This document shows, piece by piece, positions 1 to 11,080 of a stretch of DNA of 64,000 bases. The stretch comes from Heptranchias perlo (lineage: Eukaryota), in NCBI RefSeq assembly GCF_035084215.1, contig NC_090338.1, positions 15,872,001 through 15,936,000 on the forward strand, read 5' to 3'. The stretch's first letter is position 1. Each line of letters opens with the position of its first letter. The translations under genes were made by a program, and so were the position numbers. Under the pieces are notes generated by a model. The model saw nothing but the letters and a program-made list of their open reading frames with translations, searched no databases and had not been told where the DNA came from.

Positions 1-281
1 ATCCTTGGGGTGACAATTCGTATCCTCGGGCACTGGAGGGAGGTCTCCCCATATGAAAAACCGGTCTGGCTCGAGTACTGGGTCGGATGTGACCCCAGCC
101 ATCTGGGCCAGCTCCCCTCATGAGTGTACAAGGCAATTTCATCCGCCTCGCGTAGGCCACTCCCATCGTAGGCTAGGGGCGCCGTTTTTCCGGAGCATCC
201 GAAGATGTGGTGGTCCTCGGTGTCGCCCCTTCTCGCGAGGCTCAGCCCAGGCAGGGCGAGCAGGATCACGCCTCCGAACAT
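1..281 (-). CDS. Candidate env N-terminus (MFGGVILLALPGLSLA-RRGDTEDHH...), open to the window edge
   Basis: Acceptor tctttatcttttacag| (exon starts 294), ATG at 281, signal-peptide-like start, 93 codons without a stop, located after pol. Confidence 0.55.
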   Translation of the reverse strand, partial: MFGGVILLALPGLSLARRGDTEDHHIFGCSGKTAPLAYDGSGLREADEIALYTHEGSWPRWLGSHPTQYSSQTGFSYGETSLQCPRIRIVTPR

Positions 282-522
282 TCCCTTTAATTCTCTGTAA
301 AAGATAAAGAACATCTGGCCGGGCCCCCTATAGGCTTCCTGGCTCGGGTGAAGTGTGAGCGGGTCCCTCGACCTCGGCTCACGTAGACAACACTGGAACG
401 GTTCCATCTTAAAATTACACTACGGTTCCACACCTTATAATTAACCTAAACATCTTAACTTAAAACTGCAAACTTAACTGCTAAGGTTATATACATCCGC
501 CGCCCGTCTCCGAGCGGCCAGC

Positions 523-3500
523 TCAAATTCTGTCAGGACTGCTGCAGGCTGCTCCCTGCGGCGTGGCTGTACTGAGCTTTACTTCCGGTCCCTCACAGCC
601 CACGACTGCTGGCTGAGGACCTTTGTCTTTCGACTTAACTTTAACGCGGGAGGTAGCCCTTTTAAACTGGGGAGCCGGCGACCATGCCTTCCTAGGCTGG
701 GGTGTCCGAGGGGACCTCCTAGAAAGTGCTGTTGGTGGGGCTACCCTGGCGAGCGGACCCTTGCTGTGGGTCGCAGTCCTCGCTGGCTGGGGGCTTTTCC
801 CCTGTGGCTCCTCCCTTCCCAAATCTGAGCTGGGGACAGGCAACCCTTCGCTGCCTGCTGCCGGTGGCTGAGAGTCTTCCTCTCCAGGTTCAAAACCTGG
901 GTCGGGGGCGGGGCTACCTGCCTCGGGCTCCTCCTCCTCTCCACCTGAGTCCCAGAAGAGAGGGGGAATGGTTTGGACAGGGGCCTGGGTGACTCCTCCC
1001 CTGACGCACGTGACTGTGCCTGCGTGTGCTGCCTGTGAGCTGTGACCTGCTGGGAGCTGGGGATTTCTAACCTCGGGTTGGATCCCAGCTGCCTGCTTTT
1101 TCGCCTCCGATCTAAACAGCTTACATTGGTTTATATGAAACCATTTCGTCCGCCGGGGCAATTTTACAGCATAAACCATGGGGCTGGCTTTATCTACTAT
1201 GCTATAGGGTCCCATGTACAGTGGCTCCAAACTCCCCACTCGGGCGTTGTATCTCACCATTACCTGGTCCCCTATCTCCCACTGATGACTTTTGTTAGGC
1301 TTGAGCAGCAGTCAGTTATTCCGATGCTGCTTCCCCATACTACCTGCTGCCTGTTCGTAAATCTGCTTCAGGCGCTCGAGGAGTGTTCGGGCGAATTTAT
1401 CTCGGTTTACCTCCTGAAGCCGCCCTTCAGTAAGACCTGGGGCTAGGACATGGGTGGGGGTTCTCATGACCCTACCGGTCATGAGCTCATGCGGGGAATA
1501 CCCCGTACTCTTTGACTGACTGGCCTGGATCCCCATGAGGACGAGAGGCAGGATCTCTGCCCATTTTTGGAGCGAGTCCGCTGTCTCCTTCCTCAGCCTT
1601 TCTTTGATGGTACGGTTCATGCGTTCCACAATCCCTGAGGACTGTGGATTGTGGGCTACATGCCACTTCCCCTGAATACCGAGCAGCATAAGTGTATTCT
1701 GCATGACCTGGATGGTGAAGTTGCTTCCCTGGTCGGACTCCACAAACTGGGGTAGCCCCCACCGCGAGAACACCTCCAGTACCAAGATCCTTGCAGTCCC
1801 TAATGCTGTGGCTTTTCTACAGGGGAAGGCCTCGACCCACTTGGAAAACACGTCCACCAGGACGAGGCAGTATTTGTAGCCTCCCTGGGCGGTGGGTAGG
1901 GGCCCGATGTAGTCGATCTGGATCGACTGCCATGGTCCCTCTACCCTCCTAACGTGTCCCATGGGCACCTTCCTTCTGCGGGGGTCGGGGTTATTTGCAG
2001 CGTACACAAGACAGCTAGCGCAGAACTCGCGGACATCTTCCCGGAGTCCTGGCCACCATCACGCCTGCTCCACCCGCTGCCAGGTGGCCTCAGGCCCGGG
2101 GTGTCCTGCTCCCGGCCCTTCATGGGCCAGTTGAAGGAACTCCCTCCGGTGATGCTGGGGTACTACCCACTGTCCTTCCCTGAACAGCATGCCCTCTCTT
2201 ATGGAGAGGGCTGCCCCGCCGTAAGGGCCTTCTATCCTCCTACCCTCGCTCACTGCGCTAGTGACGGTTTTCAGGACAGGGTCCTGGGCTTGGACTGTTT
2301 TAAGATCCGGGGCTAATGCTACCCCTAAGCTGCTCTGGATCCCACCCCTGCCTCTAACTGTCGCCACGGGCCCGGACCCATAGGGGTCCCAGAAAATGCC
2401 GGTGTGGGCACCCTCCTTGGCCAGCGTGTCGGCTTGCTGGTTGCCCTGGCTGCGGGGTTCTGTGGAGGAGTGGGCCTTCACTTTGTGGATGAAGACTTCA
2501 CCTTCCTCCCCCACGGCTGCCAGGATTTTCTCCAGCAGGGGTTTTACTGTTAAGGGCCTCCCGTCGGCGGAGGTATATCCGCGATGGGACCAGATTGCCA
2601 GGTATTCCGTGCACAAGTTGCAAGTGAACATACTGTCAGAGCAACTCGTGTATGGGGTGGGGAAGATTTCGGGGTGGGTAACCACGTACACCACCACGGA
2701 CATTTCAGCCTGCTGGGCGCTCATGGTGCTGGGGAGCTTGATCGCCAAGGCAATGTTAGCCGATGGGTCATAGACTCCACATCCCGTGAGACGTTCACCA
2801 GCGGATACCATGCTGGAACCGTCTACATAGATCTCACGGCCTGTGGGATGTATCCCGGCCCGTAGTCCAATGTTCGCCTCCCACACCCCTTCTATGGAAC
2901 ACTGATGGGCTGTTCCAGGATATACCATGTTAGCCGCGAGCTCTGGCTCGCAAAGGCCCCTCACCCTCAGATCCATCTGGGAAAGGAGTAGGGTCCAGCG
3001 TGCAATGCGGGCACTGCTGACTGTCCCATCTTTGATCCACCCATCCCGAAGCATCTGGGTGGGCGTGTGATGTGTGAGGAGGGTGATAGGAGAGGTGCCT
3101 GTGAAGATCGAGGATCTTTTCACAGCCCAGTACGTGGCCAAAAGGTGCCGCTCGCAAATTGAGTAGCTCTTTTCCACGTCAGTGAGTACTCTGGAGGAGT
3201 AGACCACGGGTCTTAGCCTGCCGTGCCGCTCCTGGAGCAGCACAGCACTGAGATTATCCCCGCTGGCCGCTACCTCCAGAAAGAACTCTCTCCCTCCATC
3301 TATCGCTCCCAGGGCTGGTGCGGTCTGCAGGTCCCTCTTGAGCTGGACAAATGCTGCCTGGCACCCCTCATCCCAAGACCACTCCACTCCCTTGCGTAGG
3401 AGTTGGAGCAGAGGGGCTGCCGTGGCTGCATAATCCTCAATAAAATCTCTGCAGTACCCCGTTAGCCCTAAGAAGGACCTCACACCCCTCACAGTACTGG

Positions 3501-4764
3501 GGACCGGTAGCTCTTGGACCGCTTCCCTCCTAGCCTTGTCTATGGCTCGTTCCCCTGCGCGGACGGTCAGGCCCAGGAATTTCACCTCCTGCTGGCCGAT
3601 CTGCGCTTTCCTAGGGTTCACTTTAAAACCTTTCCTCTGCAACAGCTCCAGCAATTCGGCCAGTAGCGGGCCATGCTCCCCGACTGAGTCGGTAAACAAG
3701 AGCAGGTCGTCTACATACTGCACCAATTGCCTGGGCTGGCTAAATTCCTTTAAACTACTCGCCATGCACTGGTGAAAGATGCTAGGGCTGTTATGAAAAC
3801 CTTGCGGCAAACAGTTCCAAGTATACTGTTGCCCCTTAAAAGTAAAAGCGAACTGATACTGGTCTTCCCTCCTTAAGGGGATTGACCAAAACCCATTCGA
3901 AATACCCAGCACCGTGAACGTAGTCGCAGATGCTGGAATGCTTCCGATGAGGTCGGCAACTGCTGCCACTGTGGGGGCACACGCGGGGATATTGCTGTTG
4001 AGCACCCGATAGTCCACCGTGGCTCTCCATGAATTGTCTGGTTTCTTGACCGGCCAAAGCGGAGAATTAACATGAGTGGCTATGGGCCTCAGCACTCCCT
4101 GCTGCACCAACGAGGATATGGCCATCTCCATATCGGGCTCTGCTTCTCTAGGAAAGTTATACTGCTTCTGGGGCCAGGTCATGGGGTCTCCGTCTACCCT
4201 GACCTCAAACCCGGTGACCCTCCCGCAGTCGTGTTTGTGCATGGCGAACGCAGCTGGGTGAGCCTGCACGAATGCTTTAAATTCCTCCGGGACACCCTCC
4301 ATCATGAGCCCGAGGTCGTATCCTCCTTTCGGCTTCACAGTACACAGGGTTCCCTTCCCTTCTTTTCCTGGGATAACGACCACGCCATTCTCCTCACCCG
4401 TGTCGGCTCCCCAAAGGCAATGGTTGCGGAGATCCACAAGGATACCGTGGCCCACGATGAAGTCGGCCCCTAGGATCCCCTTTCCTCCCTCCACTTCCCA
4501 CCTTGCCTGGAGTGGGCCCAGGCAGATTGAGAGCGGCTTGGAGAATGCTCCCGCCTGTTCCTTGCCGGTGAACCCCGATAGAACGTATGGAACTCCGCTA
4601 GACAGAGGTGAGGTGGTGGGATTAGCTGCGTGGATCACGGTGCATGATACCCCCGTATCCAGAAGATAAGTCCCTTTAACCTTCTCTACCTCCATCTGCA
4701 CGAGCGGTCTCTTCCATCCATCATACCGGAGAGCACACAGGTGGACAGGCTGCGCGGGCTCTAG
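523..4764 (-). pseudogene. pol: pol: protease (LLDTG), RT (LPQGFHNSP, YVDD), tether, RNase H, integrase (IDYIGPLP, SDQG, VERMN)
   Basis: ORFs 2059-4701, 1312-2007 and 523-1260 share one frame, separated by single TGA stops; first RT Asp mutated (FTVLG). Confidence 0.92.
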
Positions 4765-6595
4765 TCATTTCAGGGCGTCATCAGAGGGGGCTGAGGGAGC
4801 TACCACACCGGTAGTGGCTGCTATTTTTCCCTGGCTGGCCATAAAAGATTGCATGGCCTCAAAAAATGCCTCCATGGCAGCGGGGGCAATTCCTGTCTCT
4901 GCCTCCCCCGTCGCTGCCTTTTGGGCTGGGGCGGTGGGATTCTTTCCCTTGGTGTCCTTCCAGGGGTTTTTACAATCTTTGCGCCAGTGGCCGTCCTTCC
5001 CGCACCCATAGCAGTTTAACTTAGCCTGGGCGGGACGATTCCCTTCCTGGTGCCATTCCCTTTTATGCTGGGCCCCTGGTTTAACCTCGTGGACTTTCCC
5101 CTTGGGTTGGGGCATCTCGATACCCCTGATATTTTTAAATGCTATCATGAGCTGGCGGATCACCGTTTCCTCGGTGGTCTGGGGGCTACGGGGGTCAAAC
5201 GAGTTCGAATTTGGGGCAGGCGGTTTGCCATGAGACAGCGGAGCCAGTGGGCCGATTGGTCTCTGTTCAGGAATGCCCGCCCTAGCATTCCCGGGCATGC
5301 GCTCCGGTAGACTGGCCACAGCCTGTCTGTGAACACCTGTGGGGACTCCCCGGGGAGCTGTACCGTTTTTTCCACCCGGGCGAACGGACTCCCGTCATTG
5401 AGTCCCATGGCCTCCAATATCTCATCCCTTAAACCCTCGTAATCTTACTGCCCCCTTTTGTACTCATCTGATAAGGTTTGGAGGAGGTCACCACCCAGAG
5501 AAAACAGCAGCATTTTTGCTTGTTCTGCTTCATCGCGGTCATTAACGCACGCTGCCTGCTCTATCTCACGGAAGTGTAGAGAGGGGTCTCCCTTCACTGT
5601 AAGCTTAGGGATATGGCGAACCATGGCCCTGAGCTGTTGGGTGCCCTGCGGCACTACAAACTGGTTCTGGATGGCCCCTAGGTCCTCGCCATCGGCGGGC
5701 GGGCCGTACCTTCGTTGTCAGAGGGGGTACACTGGTCCCGGTCCTGGTCTATCTACCAGGGCTTGCTGGGTCTCCCCTAATGCTTCATCCTCCACCACCC
5801 CCCTTGCTGCCAGACCTCCTGAAAATTCGGGGCAATGGGTGGTGGCCGTGAAGCCTCTGGTTCCCTAACCAGTGTCGTTCTGGGAGCTGCCTGTGGGACT
5901 TCCCTGCTTGGGTTGCCGGTAAAATCCGATTGGCCCACCTTCGGGCTAAGGAGGCATACCATGCCCTTCGCCCTCGCTAAGGCCATGCCCAAGCTTTCTA
6001 TTTCTTGCCTACAGGGGCCATGATCTGCGTCTTCAAACCTCTGGGCGCAGGCCAGCTTATCTGTTGCCTTTACCTCGCCTACTTTCTCCTCCTGTTCTTT
6101 TAGTTCTTGCGTGAGGCTGTGGATCTTATGAATTAACCTAGCCTCACTGCCTCTCGCCTCTCTGACCTGGTATTCCAGGTGTTCCATTCTACCTCTAGCG
6201 CTACTTTTGAGCTCAGTGATCTGGTATTCCAGGCGCTCTACCTTTGCCTGGTGGTCCCTTGCCATCTGTGCCCTTTCTTGGCTTATTGCCTGGAGCGCTG
6301 CTACCCCTTTCTCTTCGGCTGCTGTCTTTTCCTGCAGCTCTCGGGTCAACTGCTTAATCTTGGCTGCTTGCACTGCTACAGCACGGTCTAGTACTAAGAC
6401 CTGCTTTTTAAAACACAAGAGCCAGACCGCCTTCTCAATACCCTTCTTATACTGTTTACTTGCTGTCCACTGGATGGCTGCATCTATGGGACGCTCGGCC
6501 TTTAACCATTTTTTCGTGATATTTACCTTGCCGCACACATCGGCAGACAACCTTTCCTCCATTGCGGATTCCTCCTCCGCACCACTGTCTGCCAT
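4765..6595 (-). pseudogene. gag: gag (frameshifted): coiled-coil N-terminus, capsid-like region, CYGCGKDGHWRKDC zinc knuckle
   Basis: ORF pieces 5777-6634, 5445-5654, 5160-5417, 4765-5319; likely ATG at 6595. Confidence 0.8.
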
Positions 6596-6615
6596 GTTAC
6601 ACACTTTCGCCTGAG

Positions 6616-6633
6616 CTCCTGCCTGACTCGTCA
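6616..6633 (-). promoter_or_regulatory. Primer-binding site, tRNA-Arg(ACG)-like
   Basis: Minus strand TGACGAGTCAGGCAGGAG, 4 nt inside the LTR; 15/18 match to TGGCGAGCCAGCCAGGAG, the complement of the vertebrate tRNA-Arg(ACG) 3' end as recalled. Confidence 0.7.
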
Positions 6634-6637
6634 TTTC

Positions 6638-7673
6638 TGTAAGGGGTTTTGTTTCCGGGGCTTATTGTAGGTCAGCCAGTTATGTTTTCCTGAGCTGCCC
6701 TGCCCACTGTGTGGTTTTGAATCGCTTTCCCCTTCCTCATTCTGAGCTCAGGACTTATCGAGCGGAAATAAGGACAGACGAACAGACCAGTGGATTGGTG
6801 CAAGGAAAACCAATGTTTATTAATAAGAAAACTAAAACTACAAGGTAAACAGTATTATACAGAAGATAAAAGGAATCGCTATGGATGCAATACAGTCTTA
6901 CACTTAACGGGGTGGAAGAAACGGACACATCGAGGGAAAATTCTAAAATCACAATTTTAGCAATACCCCTTTAACTCCCACCCTTACACCTAGCTAGGTT
7001 GTCTTGTGATGGCCAGAAAAAAAATAATGCTCACCGGTGAAGCAGATGAAAAGGCCTGGCCCCTGTGCCCTGCTGCTGCCGTCGACATGTGGTTGCGATG
7101 GATACTGGATGGCCTTCCTTCTTGGTTGCTAGCAGGCAAGCAGGACGCTGGGCCGAGGTGAAGAGAAAGAGGGGGAGAGGTTCTGGGTTGCCCCCAGTTA
7201 TACCCTCCAGGTAATGGGTTATTTTCGCGCCTCATTAGTTTGCTCCATTGTCCGATTTGGGCTGAAAACGTAAGACAAAAGGGGTCCCGATCTTGGCCCA
7301 TTTACATTAATGGCTGGTACCTGTACTGATCTGTTCCATAACTGCTTTCCATTGTTCCGAATGTTCCTTAATGGGTCTCCTTAGTCTTGGGATTATTCCT
7401 GCTCGAATTTTGATTGTGTAGGCCGGCAACGTTGATGGCTTGCCTCAGGGCGTGAATGCAACTGCATTGTTCAAAGAGCCCTGTCTGAAACACGAAGCCT
7501 GCCAAGCTGTCCGAGAATCCAATTTCAAATGCTGCAGGCCCTTGGCCATGTGTCTGACCGCAGCCATTTTGAGAGACTCTGGATTTTTTAAAACACAGTC
7601 ACACCAGGGTTTCTTTAATAACTCCAATAAATCTTCGGCGGGGGGGACATGTGAAATTTTGCGAATCCCTTCA
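6638..7673 (-). repeat. 5' LTR (TG...CA)
   Basis: Boundaries defined by homology with the solo LTR at 51383-52438; PBS abuts it. Confidence 0.9.
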
Positions 7674-7759
7674 GACTGCCCCTACTTTTGGTTCAGCTGC
7701 TCCAGTGAATAAGACACAGGAAAAATCAGAAGCTCCAATTGACCTAAGGATCTGCCTGA

Positions 7760-8597
7760 AACTCATTACCTTCTAATTGAGCTTGGAAAACACAGCAATT
7801 ATACCTTGCAGTCTTAAATCATCACATTGGGTTATCATAGATTCCTGGCTCTTCTTCTTACTCTTCTCCTTGCACCTCCTCCTCTCCCATTTCCTCCTCC
7901 TCCTCCTCTTTTGAGGCTGCATTTGGGGCTGCAGCAGTTGACAAATTTCAGTCATGACCTCTTTTGTGAACCAAAGGAATCTGATGCATTGGTTATCACT
8001 GAAGTTGAGGTCAGACAATTGCTCCCTGAAGTCCACTGTGGATATGGCCTCCTGCTGAGTGCCCTGCTCCTCCTCCTCCCCCCAATTCTAGCAGCTTGGC
8101 CTCTCTCCATTCCCCCAGTCATGTTCAATTCCCAGAGGAAGCCCTAGCAGGCAACCCATGTCTGGAATCAACTTTTTTCTGCACAATATTTTAAATGACA
8201 CAAAAAGTACTGTAAGACCATCCAGATTACTCACTTAAACTTTAACCATATATAGAAAACCTCCAAAAATACGTACAATTGCAACAACAGCCAGAAGAAA
8301 TAATCCAGCAACATCCCTGTAAGTACTTCATGATCCCTTTAAATAGCGCTGGTGTAGGATCCTTCTTGTGGTTTAACATCATGTTCAGCTGTGTGAGGTT
8401 AAGACAATGCATTGGGTGGAGTGTGGAGGAACATAATGGCATTGGTGGCTTCAAATCAGCGTTGCACACTGATTCACATCATGATCTCCCTACTCTACAT
8501 GCTGCCGGCAGTTGTTAGGTCCACCCATTTATCAAGATGGCGTCCTGCGCCAAACAAATGGGTGCTACACGGTCCAATTTATCGCTCAATGTGTCTC
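7760..8597 (-). mobile_element. Harbinger remnant (transposase N-terminus + right end)
   Basis: FSDNQCIRFLWFTKEVMTEICQLLQPQ resembles 49989-50294; terminal ccaatttatcgctc. Confidence 0.65.
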
Positions 8598-8599
8598 TC

Positions 8600-9048
8600 G
8601 TGGGTCACTGGTAGCAGTATCGTCTCTGAGCCAGAAGATTGTTGGTTAAAGTCCCACTCCAGAGACTTGACCACATAATCTAGGCTGATATTTCAATATT
8701 TCAGTGCAGTACTGAGGGAGTGCTGAACTGTCGGAGGTGCGGTCTTTCGGATGAGACGTTAAACTGATATCCTGTCTGCCCTCTCAGGCAAATGTTAAAG
8801 TTCCCAATGCACTATTCGTAGGAGAGCAGTGGTGTTCTCCTCATGTCCTGGTGATCACTTGTCCCTCAACCAACAAGAAAAACAGATACTCTGGTCACTT
8901 ATTTAATTGGTTTGTGGGAATTTGCTGTGCACAAATTGGCTGCTGCATTTCCTACATTACAACAGTGACTACATTTCAAAAAGTACCTTATTGGCTGTAA
9001 AGCGCTTTGGGATGTCGTAAGGTCTTGAAAGGCGCTACATAAATGCTA
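8600..9048 (+). mobile_element. tRNA-headed SINE (shark DeuSINE/SacSINE1-like)
   Basis: tRNA-like head, caaattggctgctgcatttcctacattaca core, gaaaggcgctacataaatgc tail; repeated in the window. Confidence 0.75.
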
Positions 9049-10042
9049 CAGGTATGGTTGAGGCAGAATGTTCTAGCAAAGTGCTGCTCCAGTCAAGACG
9101 GGCTAAATTCTTCCCAGATGTAATCTTCAATGGCTCTATAAAAAGGAGGGATGGCATTGACGATTATAGTGAGCAATTACCTTTGTATCCATCCGGAAGA
9201 GCCCAACCCTGGAGGTAGTCATTTAATTATGAAGATTTTGCCTGAGATGCAGAGGAACAAGAAGTACTGCTGAGAGAACAAACACAAAGACAGAAAACTT
9301 GTGGAAGGAATGGTGTCTCTTCAACATCATTCCAACCCAGGTTCACATGCACACACACATACAGAAACACACACATGTGCATGTGCAAACATATTAGACA
9401 GAAAGAACTTGTATTTATATACTGCCCTTCACATCAAGGCAGCATTCAACCGAGTGCAGCACCAAGGAGCCCTAGTAAAACTGCAGTCAATGGGGATGAG
9501 GGTAATACTCTCCAGCGACTGCAGTCATGTCTGACACAAAGGAAGTTGGTTGTGGTCATTGGAGGCCAATCATCTCAACCTCAGGACATCGCTGCCCGCC
9601 ATATTGGAAGCTTAGGAGGCCATTTAGTGGACATAAAATGGGCGCTGAGCCGTCGAATTTCTAAGTCTCGAAGCCACAGCCTGAAGACAGACTATTTCCA
9701 ACTCCAGGCTGCTGATTTCAATCATGTAGAATCTGATTTACAAAGAATTTCATAACTTAATACAGAGTGTACCAGCTGCCAAATAGATCACACAACTGAC
9801 TTACAAAATGTAGTGGTGCACAGGTGCGATGGAACGAAGTTGACTCTGATTTGGCTCAGTTTCAGTGACAAACACACCAAGGCTTACCTTTTTGTAACCA
9901 GTTATTTTAACCCTAATCCTGACCTGTAGCTTATATTACTTTACATCGGGCTGTGAGATGATATCCTGTAATATCCTTTCACTAGGCGGCAAAACAGCCT
10001 GGTAAAGGTCTTTCAAAAAGGCACAACAAACATTTTTTTGTA

Positions 10043-10730
10043 ATTCATTCTTGGGATATGGGCGTCGCTGGCAAGGCTGGCATTTTTGCCCAACCCTAGT
10101 TGCCCTTGGAAAGGTGGTGGTGGGCCTTCTTCTTGAACCACTGCAGTCCATGTGGTGAAGATACTCCCACAATGCTGTTAGGTAGGGAATTCCAGGAGTT
10201 TGACTGAGCAAAGATGAAGTAACGACGATATATTTCCAAGTCGGGATGGTGTGTGACTTGGCGAGCACCTTGGAGGTGATGGTATTCCCACGCACCTGCT
10301 GCCCTCGTCCTTCTAGGTGGTGGAGGTCATAGGTTTCGGCAGTGCTGCCGACGAAGCCTTGGCGAGTTGCTGCAAAGCATCCTGTAGATAGGACACACTG
10401 CAGCCACGGTGTGCCGGTGGTGGAGGGAATGAATGTTTAAGGTGGTGGATGGGTTGCTTTGTCCTGGATGCCATTGACCTTCTTGAGTGTTGTTGCAGCT
10501 GCACTCATCCTTACAAGTGGAGACTATTCTATCAAACTCCTGATTGTGCGATGTAGGTGATGGAGAGACTTTGGGGAGTCAGGAGGCGAGCCACTCGCCA
10601 CAGAATACCCAGCCTCTGACCTGCTCTAGTAGCCACGGCTTATATATGGCTGGTACAGTTGAATTTCTGGTAAATGGCGACCCCCAGGATGTTGATGGTG
10701 GGGGATTTGGTGATGATAATGCCGTTGAAA
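10043..10730 (-). mobile_element. Non-LTR retrotransposon 3' fragment (Jockey/CR1-L2 group, distinct family)
   Basis: Homologous to 39416-40161. Confidence 0.75.
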
Positions 10731-10992
10731 GCATGTTATTATATCGACATGATCAATAAATGGAGCAACATTGAATAAGAAAATGTTAATTGCTGTTATT
10801 TCGTACCCTCAGTTATATGAAATTCATAAGTTTTCTGATTAATTTTATTTAACTATGTTTAAGTGAAAATTATGGTGGAGAAGTCTTTTGCAAGTGCCTC
10901 ATATTTACTTTTGATGGTTTTCTGGTACTATATCTATATATCTATATATCTATATGTATATTTCTTACAGGCAAAGAGACTGAATCTGCAAA

Positions 10993-11080
10993 ATGAGTCT
11001 CCCATTCTTCGGCAGCAAAATGTCAGCTGGTTTGATGTTCAGTTTCTTTGTGTTTCTACTTCGGTCTGTTTTCGCTCAGA
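10993..11080 (+). CDS. Leader exon (signal peptide [29 protein letters not shown])
   Basis: Acceptor ttcttacag ends at 10970, ATG at 10993, hydrophobic core ending VFA-Q, donor A|gtaagt (phase 1). The acceptor implies an upstream non-coding exon that I could not locate. Confidence 0.8.

Larger units (their letters stand above)
1..7673 (-). mobile_element. Endogenous retrovirus-like LTR element (lokiretrovirus-like by inference), 3' part outside window, defective
   Basis: 5' LTR, PBS, gag with CCHC knuckle, PR-RT-tether-RNaseH-IN pol and a downstream signal-peptide ORF. Frameshifts in gag and in-frame stops in pol. Confidence 0.9.

Noticed and set aside
623-6614. Plus-strand ORFs over the retroviral element
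   Set aside because: Antisense shadows of GC-rich gag and pol with no independent motifs.
8600-8680. tRNA gene
   Set aside because: Degenerate tRNA-like head joined to a SINE body that repeats across the window.
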